A stretch of DNA of 64,000 nt from the IMG/VR virus record IMGVR_UViG_3300010885_018971, positions 26,796 to 90,795 of that record; one strand, 5' to 3'. The notes under the pieces are model-generated. The model was not told the origin of the DNA. It saw only the letters and a list, made by a program, of their open reading frames with translations, and searched no databases. Below are positions 58,233-64,000 of this stretch, one piece after another. Source of the stretch: a virus. Every line of letters starts with the position of its first letter. Within the stretch, counting starts at the first letter, position 1. A program made the position numbers and the translations under genes.

Positions 58233-60566
58233 ATGGCAGATAAATCAACAATAAAAATTAAAAGAAGTAGTACCACAAACGCACCAAGTACGTTAAATAC
58301 TGGTGAATTGGCCTATTCCTTTGGCGCAGGTGCACAAAACGACAATGGTGGTAGACTATTTGTTGGTGGAATGGGTGTAGGCTCAGATCTAAACTCAGCA
58401 ACTGGTGCTCCAATTATTATCGGTGGTAAATACTTCACTGACATGATGGATCACGTAACTGGCACATTAACTGCTAGTTCTGCTGTTCTAGTCGACTCAA
58501 ATAAGAAAATTGATGAGTGGTTAGTTGATAACCTATCGTTAAATGGCAATACATTAAGTTCAACTGATACCAATGGTAATATTCTAATTACTCCGAATGG
58601 TACTGGTAAAACTGTTATTACAGCACCATACATTGGTGATACATCAACTACTCTTGCTGAATACATCTATGATACAGTTGGTGGTGCAATCACTCAAGGT
58701 ACTGGTATCAGCGTAACGAATGATGATGCTGGGAATACTTCCACTATCGCTCTTGCTTCTGGTGTTGCAACTCCTGGAACATATGGCACTTCTTCAGCAG
58801 TTCCTGCAATAACAATTGACACATATGGTCGTGTTACTAGCATAACTACTAACAGTATTGCATCTTCTGCTCTAACTGTTGCAGCTGATAGTGGAACTGC
58901 TGACGTTGTTACACTTGGTACTGATACCTTGACGTTTGAGGGTGGTACTGGTATTGATACAACAGTATCTAATAACAAAATTAAAGTTGATATTGATTCA
59001 ACTGTTGCTACTTCTGGTAAGAAACTTTCTTTCTTCTCCGCAACTTCTTCTTCAGAATTAGCTGGTGTTATTTCTGATGAAACAGGCACTGGTGTTCTAG
59101 TATTCGGTACTTCTCCAACAATCACTACTAGCATCGTTGCTGGCAGTGCTTCAATGGACATCTTTAATACTACTGCAACTGCTGTTAATGCTTTCGGTGC
59201 TGCGGCAACATTGAGTATTGGTGCTGCTAGTGGTACAACTACAGTTAACAATGATCTAAACCTAGCTTCTGGTAAAGTACTAAAGATTAATAGTACTGAA
59301 GTTCTAAGTGGCACTACTCTTGGTTCTGGTGTTACTGGATCTAGTTTAACAAGCGTTGGTACTATCGGTACTGGTGTTTGGCAAGGTACTGCTGTTGCAG
59401 TTGGTTATGGTGGTACAGGAACAAATACAGGTTCTATCACTGGTACTGGTGCATTAACTTTCACTGCTGGTGGTTCAGATACTAATGTTAACCTTGCTCC
59501 ACAAGGAACTGGTACTGTTGATGTTGGATCTAAGAGAATTACTTCTGTTGCTACTCCAACTCAGGCAACTGATGCTGCAAATAAGGGTTACGTTGATGCC
59601 GTTAAACAGGCACTAGATGTTAAAGATTCAGTTCGTATTGCAACTACTGCAAACTTAAACGTAACTGCTTCTGGCACTGGTGCAGGTAAAACACTTACTA
59701 ATGCTGGCACACAGGCTGCAATTACTATTGATAGCATTCCTCTATCATCTGGTGATCGTGTTTTAGTTAAAAATCAAACTGCTTCTGAAGACAATGGTAT
59801 CTATACGGTTACCACTGTTGGTACTATTTCAACAAACTGGGTATTGACTCGTGCAACTGATGCTGATGGTTCTCCAGCTGCAGAAGTTACTTCTGGAATG
59901 TTTACTTTCGTTGAAGAAGGTACAGTAAATGCTGATTCTGGTTGGGTTCTATCAACTAATGGCGCAATCACTGTTGATACTACTGGATTAACATTCACTC
60001 AGTTCTCTGGTGCTGGTCAAATTACTGCTGGTAATGGTCTAACTAAGACTGGTAATACAATTGATGCTGTTGGTACTACTGACCGTATTTCTGTTAGCAC
60101 TGATGCTATCGATATCGCTTCTACATATGTTGGTCAGATTTCTATCACTACGCTTGGTACTATCGGTACTGGTACTTGGGCTGGCACTGCAGTTGCTGGT
60201 CAATATGGTGGTACTGGTGTAGCAAACACTGGTAAGACAATTACTCTTGGTGGTAATCTTACTACTTCTGGCGCATATGCTACTACACTAACAGTAACTA
60301 ATGATACTAACGTAACTCTACCAACTACTGGTACTCTTGCTGCCACTACAAATACTACATTCAGTACTGGTTCTACTTGGAACGGTAATACAATTGGATC
60401 TGGTTATGGTGGTACTGGATTCAGTACTTATGCAAAGGGTGATTTAGTTTACGCTTCTGCTGTAGATACACTAAGCAAATTAACTGCTGGCGCTGATGGC
60501 ACAATCCTACAAGTTAACTCTTCTGGTGCTTTGGTGTGGGGTGGTATTGATGGTGGAACATACTAA
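58233..60566 (+). CDS. tail fibre protein
   Basis: IKIKRS....P..L..GELAY N-terminus; DAANKGYVD, GDRVLVKNQ....NGIY, LTRATD; ends IDGGTY. Confidence 0.85.
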   Translation: MADKSTIKIKRSSTTNAPSTLNTGELAYSFGAGAQNDNGGRLFVGGMGVGSDLNSATGAPIIIGGKYFTDMMDHVTGTLTASSAVLVDSNKKIDEWLVDNLSLNGNTLSSTDTNGNILITPNGTGKTVITAPYIGDTSTTLAEYIYDTVGGAITQGTGISVTNDDAGNTSTIALASGVATPGTYGTSSAVPAITIDTYGRVTSITTNSIASSALTVAADSGTADVVTLGTDTLTFEGGTGIDTTVSNNKIKVDIDSTVATSGKKLSFFSATSSSELAGVISDETGTGVLVFGTSPTITTSIVAGSASMDIFNTTATAVNAFGAAATLSIGAASGTTTVNNDLNLASGKVLKINSTEVLSGTTLGSGVTGSSLTSVGTIGTGVWQGTAVAVGYGGTGTNTGSITGTGALTFTAGGSDTNVNLAPQGTGTVDVGSKRITSVATPTQATDAANKGYVDAVKQALDVKDSVRIATTANLNVTASGTGAGKTLTNAGTQAAITIDSIPLSSGDRVLVKNQTASEDNGIYTVTTVGTISTNWVLTRATDADGSPAAEVTSGMFTFVEEGTVNADSGWVLSTNGAITVDTTGLTFTQFSGAGQITAGNGLTKTGNTIDAVGTTDRISVSTDAIDIASTYVGQISITTLGTIGTGTWAGTAVAGQYGGTGVANTGKTITLGGNLTTSGAYATTLTVTNDTNVTLPTTGTLAATTNTTFSTGSTWNGNTIGSGYGGTGFSTYAKGDLVYASAVDTLSKLTAGADGTILQVNSSGALVWGGIDGGTY

Positions 60567-60631
60567 ATAACTTAGTATACAGAGGGGAGTTTTTACTCCC
60601 CTGTTCCAGTTTCCTTTTTTAAGGGTTGAGT

Positions 60632-61117
60632 ATGGCGAATAAGATTCTTCTTAAGAAATCTTCAACTGCAGCAAAAGTTCCTGTAGTTGGAGACTTAGAA
60701 TATGGTGAGTTAGCAATTAACTACACCGATGGCAAACTGCATTATAAAACTAATGCTAATGAGATTGATGCATTTTCTTCAAATACAGCAACTGCCACAT
60801 TAAGCAATAAAACCCTTTCATATACGACTTTAGCTGGATCATTAACAGCCTCTGGTTCAACAGGATCATCTGGTCAAGTTTTAACATCATCTGGTGCTGG
60901 TGTTACATGGACAGATGTTACATCACTTGGTTTTGTTGGAGGATATAATAATTCCTCAGCAACATCATTCCCATCGGGAGATTTCCAAGGTACAGATGCA
61001 TATGTCGGTGTAGGTGGTATTGCTTTCGATAGTTTCGGAACTTCACTTGTACCATCTTTCACTTGTATGGATCCAGTTGGATCTTTACAAAGTCAAGATC
61101 TGGGCGCATTAACATAA
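60632..61117 (+). CDS. short tail fibre-related protein
   Basis: ILLKKSS...P....L.YGELAINY.DGKL.YK; G.SGQVL.S.G. Confidence 0.75.
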   Translation: MANKILLKKSSTAAKVPVVGDLEYGELAINYTDGKLHYKTNANEIDAFSSNTATATLSNKTLSYTTLAGSLTASGSTGSSGQVLTSSGAGVTWTDVTSLGFVGGYNNSSATSFPSGDFQGTDAYVGVGGIAFDSFGTSLVPSFTCMDPVGSLQSQDLGALT

Positions 61118-61145
61118 AGATAAATAAGATTTGAAGGAATAATAA

Positions 61146-64000
61146 ATGCCAACACAAGTACAGTTTAGACGAGGTAATACAGCCCAGAACGATGCATTCA
61201 CTGGTGCATCTGGAGAACTCTCGGTTGATACGCAAATACAAACTTTAAGAGTTCATAATGGTTCTACCGCAGGAGGTATGCCATTAGTTACTCTTACTAG
61301 TAGTCAAACCCTAACGAATAAAACACTTACTAGCCCAACTTTAAATAGTCCAACGCTAACAACTCCTACTCTTGGTGCTGCAACAGCAACAAGTATTAAT
61401 AAAGTAGCGATTACTGCTCCAGCAACTAGTGCCACATTAACAATTGCAGATGGTAAAGCATTAACAGTAAATAATAATTTAACATTCACTGGTACAGATT
61501 CTTCATCAGTTGCCTTCGGTGCTGGTGGTACTGTTGCTTATACTGGTGGAAGTTTAGGAACTAGTCCCTCAGTTTCAACATCATTAACTACTCCAAGTTC
61601 TTCTTTTGATCTTATCAATACGACTGCAACTACAGTAAATTTTGCCAAAGCAGCAACTACTCTTTCTATTGGTGCAACAACTGGTACTACAACAGTTAAT
61701 AATAATCTAACTGTTACTGGTAATCTTACAGTTTCTGGTACAACTACAACAGTTAATTCAACAACAGTTAATATTCAAAATGCCTTCGTGTTTGAAGGTG
61801 CAACTGATGATGCATATGAAACTACATTAACAACAGTTGATCCAACTGCAGATAGAAGTATTTCTCTTCCAGATGCTAGCGGTACTATCGTTCTTAAAGA
61901 TACTACTGATACCTTAACTAATAAAACCTACGATACTGCAGGTACTGGTAACGTATTTAAAATTAATACTACTGCAATTTCTGATATTACTGGTACTGGT
62001 AAAGTTGTTTTAGATACAAGTCCAACATTGACTACTCCAACTATCGGAGTAGCAACAGCTACATCTATTAACAAGATGGCAATCACTGCTCCAGCAACTG
62101 GTTCTACCCTCGCTGTTGCTGATGGCAAAACCCTTACTGCAAGTAATACTCTAACATTCACTGGTACTGATAGTTCTTCTGTTGCCTTTGGTGCTGGTGG
62201 TACTGTTCTTTATTCTGGTGGTGCTCTTGGAACTCCATCTTCTGCTACTCTTACTAATGCTACTGGTCTACCTGTAAGTGGTATTACTGCTTCTACTTCA
62301 ACTGCGATTGGTGTAGGTAGTATTGAATTAGGACATGCCACTGATACAACTATCGCTAGATCTTCGGCTGGAGTTATTTCTGTTGAGGGTGTAGTTGTTC
62401 CAACTGTATCTTCAACTGACACATTAACGAACAAAACTATCGCTGCTGGTTCAAACACAATCAGTGGTTTAACTAATAGTAACTTGAGTGGTACTGCTGG
62501 TATTTCTAATGCAAACTTAGCAAACAGTTCTATTACAGTTAATGGTAGTGCAGTAAGTTTAGGTGGATCGATTACAGTTGCAGCTACTGCTTCTAATGCT
62601 TTAACTATTGGCACTGGTTTATCAGGCACCTCTTATAATGGATCTACCGCAGTTACTATTGCAATCGATTCAACTGTTGCTACTTTAACTGGCACTCAGA
62701 CTTTAACAAATAAAACTCTAACTCTCCCAACTATTGGTGGAACAGGTGCTTCATTTAGTGGGTCAACTTCTGGAACAACTACTGTTGTTGCTACAGCAAT
62801 AGCTGGTACAACCACTTTAACTTTACCTGCTGCAACAGATACGCTAGTAGGTAAAGCAACCACTGATACATTAACTAATAAAACTATCGCTGCTGGTTCT
62901 AATACAATTTCTGGTCTTACTAATAGTAATCTATCTGGTACTGCTGGTATTTCTAATGCTAACTTAGCTAACAGTTCTATTACTGTTGGTACTACGGCTA
63001 TCTCATTAGGTGCTTCTAGCACTACTATTGCTGGTTTGACTTCTATTGATGCTACATCTGGAGCAACTTCTTTCTTTGCCACACCTACAGCGCCAGCATT
63101 GTTTGCTGCAGGTACTGCTGTTACTATTGGTGCCACTACTGGTACTACAACTGTTAGAAATGGATTAGTTGTTACTGGTGATTTAACTGTTAATGGTACG
63201 ACAACTACTATTAATGCTACTACTATTACTGTTGATGATATTAATATTGAACTAGGCTCTGTAGCTTCTCCAACTGACGTTACTGCAGCTGGTGGTGGTA
63301 TCACTCTTAAAGGTACTACTGATAAAACAATCAGCTGGTCATCTATTGGTTGGACTTCTTCTGAAGACTTTAACCTTGTTACTGGAAAAGCATATGAGAT
63401 TAATGGAACATCAGTTCTTTCTTCTACTACACTTGGTTCTGGAGTTACTGGTTCTTCATTAACTTCTGTTGGTACTATTGGAACTGGTGTTTGGCAGGGA
63501 ACTCTTGTTGGTGCTACTTATGGTGGTACTGGTGTAAATAATGGATCAAACACATTAACTCTGGCAGGTAATGTGTCACATGCTGGTGCATTTACGCAAA
63601 CCTTTACAGCTACTGGAACTACTTCTGTAACATTACCAACTTCTGGCACTCTTGCTACGTTAGCTGGTTCTGAAACACTAACAAATAAAACTATCGCTGC
63701 TGGTTCTAATACAATTTCTGGTCTTACTAATAGTAATCTATCTGGTACTGCTGGTATTTCCAATGCCAACTTGGCGAATAGTTCTGTTACTATTGGTTCT
63801 ACTTCAATATCACTTGGTGCAACTTCTACTTCTCTTGCTGGCATAACATCGATTACGTATGCTGGTTCTACTTCTGGAACTACTCAGATTATTTCTGGCG
63901 CAATTGCTGGTACTAGCGTACTAACATTACCAGTCGCTACAGATACTTTGGTTGGTAAAGCAACTACTGATACACTAACTAATAAATCATTAACAAGTCC
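61146..64000 (+). CDS. long tail fibre with Mtd-like N-terminal domain (truncated by window end)
   Basis: manual translation MPTQVQFRRGNTAQNDAFTGASGELSVDT...LRVHNGSTAGG; repeated TLTNKT modules; absent from the ORF track, consistent with running off the window end. Confidence 0.85.
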   Translation, partial: MPTQVQFRRGNTAQNDAFTGASGELSVDTQIQTLRVHNGSTAGGMPLVTLTSSQTLTNKTLTSPTLNSPTLTTPTLGAATATSINKVAITAPATSATLTIADGKALTVNNNLTFTGTDSSSVAFGAGGTVAYTGGSLGTSPSVSTSLTTPSSSFDLINTTATTVNFAKAATTLSIGATTGTTTVNNNLTVTGNLTVSGTTTTVNSTTVNIQNAFVFEGATDDAYETTLTTVDPTADRSISLPDASGTIVLKDTTDTLTNKTYDTAGTGNVFKINTTAISDITGTGKVVLDTSPTLTTPTIGVATATSINKMAITAPATGSTLAVADGKTLTASNTLTFTGTDSSSVAFGAGGTVLYSGGALGTPSSATLTNATGLPVSGITASTSTAIGVGSIELGHATDTTIARSSAGVISVEGVVVPTVSSTDTLTNKTIAAGSNTISGLTNSNLSGTAGISNANLANSSITVNGSAVSLGGSITVAATASNALTIGTGLSGTSYNGSTAVTIAIDSTVATLTGTQTLTNKTLTLPTIGGTGASFSGSTSGTTTVVATAIAGTTTLTLPAATDTLVGKATTDTLTNKTIAAGSNTISGLTNSNLSGTAGISNANLANSSITVGTTAISLGASSTTIAGLTSIDATSGATSFFATPTAPALFAAGTAVTIGATTGTTTVRNGLVVTGDLTVNGTTTTINATTITVDDINIELGSVASPTDVTAAGGGITLKGTTDKTISWSSIGWTSSEDFNLVTGKAYEINGTSVLSSTTLGSGVTGSSLTSVGTIGTGVWQGTLVGATYGGTGVNNGSNTLTLAGNVSHAGAFTQTFTATGTTSVTLPTSGTLATLAGSETLTNKTIAAGSNTISGLTNSNLSGTAGISNANLANSSVTIGSTSISLGATSTSLAGITSITYAGSTSGTTQIISGAIAGTSVLTLPVATDTLVGKATTDTLTNKSLTS
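62877..63760 (+). repeat. 77 bp exact direct repeat inside the long fibre gene (62877-62953 and 63684-63760), with a degenerate third copy near 62430-62505
   Basis: AATAAAACTATCGCTGCTGGTTCTAATACAATTTCTGGTCTTACTAATAGTAATCTATCTGGTACTGCTGGTATTTC occurs twice. Confidence 0.85.

Noticed and set aside
58451-63844. Long antisense ORFs rich in V/P/A (also within gp5, gp8, the tape measure and the propellers)
   Set aside because: Shadow frames caused by ACT/GGT/GCT codon bias on the coding strand; no RBS or recognisable motifs
61146-64000. Diversity-generating retroelement suggested by the Mtd-like N-terminus and repeats
   Set aside because: No reverse transcriptase in the window; the repeat pair is identical rather than differing at adenines; cannot exclude one outside the window
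1-64000. Stop-codon reassignment, introns or inteins
   Set aside because: Core genes are intact under the standard code, with no unexplained interruptions other than the gp26/gp51 junction

Overview
This is 64 kb of an AT-rich T4-like (myovirus) phage genome, probably an aquatic phage of Proteobacteria. Positions 1-13.8 kb (+) hold early/middle and accessory genes: metallophosphoesterase, MazG-like and HAD nucleotide enzymes, DenV-like glycosylase, PhoH, GH19 endolysin, exonuclease, SleB, ClpP, gp33, gp59 and gp32. This block also holds a circularly permuted two-piece tmRNA (tag ANDSQFALAA). Positions 13.85-20.7 kb (-) hold tape measure, gp51, gp26, gp16, a nuclease, a holin, gp54, gp2 and gp4. 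Positions 20.8-45.2 kb (+) are baseplate and tail genes (gp48, gp53, hub, gp5, PAAR, gp25, gp6, gp7, gp8, a DUF4815-type protein, a fibre with an S74 chaperone). The most unusual part is 45.2-57.6 kb. There, six paralogous Kelch-like beta-propeller genes with Pro-rich variable loops sit in two triplets around a sulfotransferase, three 2OG-Fe(II) oxygenase genes and three unknown genes. An APS kinase-HxGH nucleotidyltransferase fusion (candidate minimal PAPS synthase) and DUF2061 follow. This is a candidate system for hydroxylating and sulfating virion adhesins. Positions 57.6-64 kb are further tail fibre genes, the last truncated by the window edge. Other signals are a candidate -1 frameshift joining gp26 to gp51 upstream of the tape measure gene, a conserved sigma70 promoter giving apparently leaderless mRNAs, and an H-type pseudoknot leader. 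All calls come from reading motifs by eye; no searches were run.
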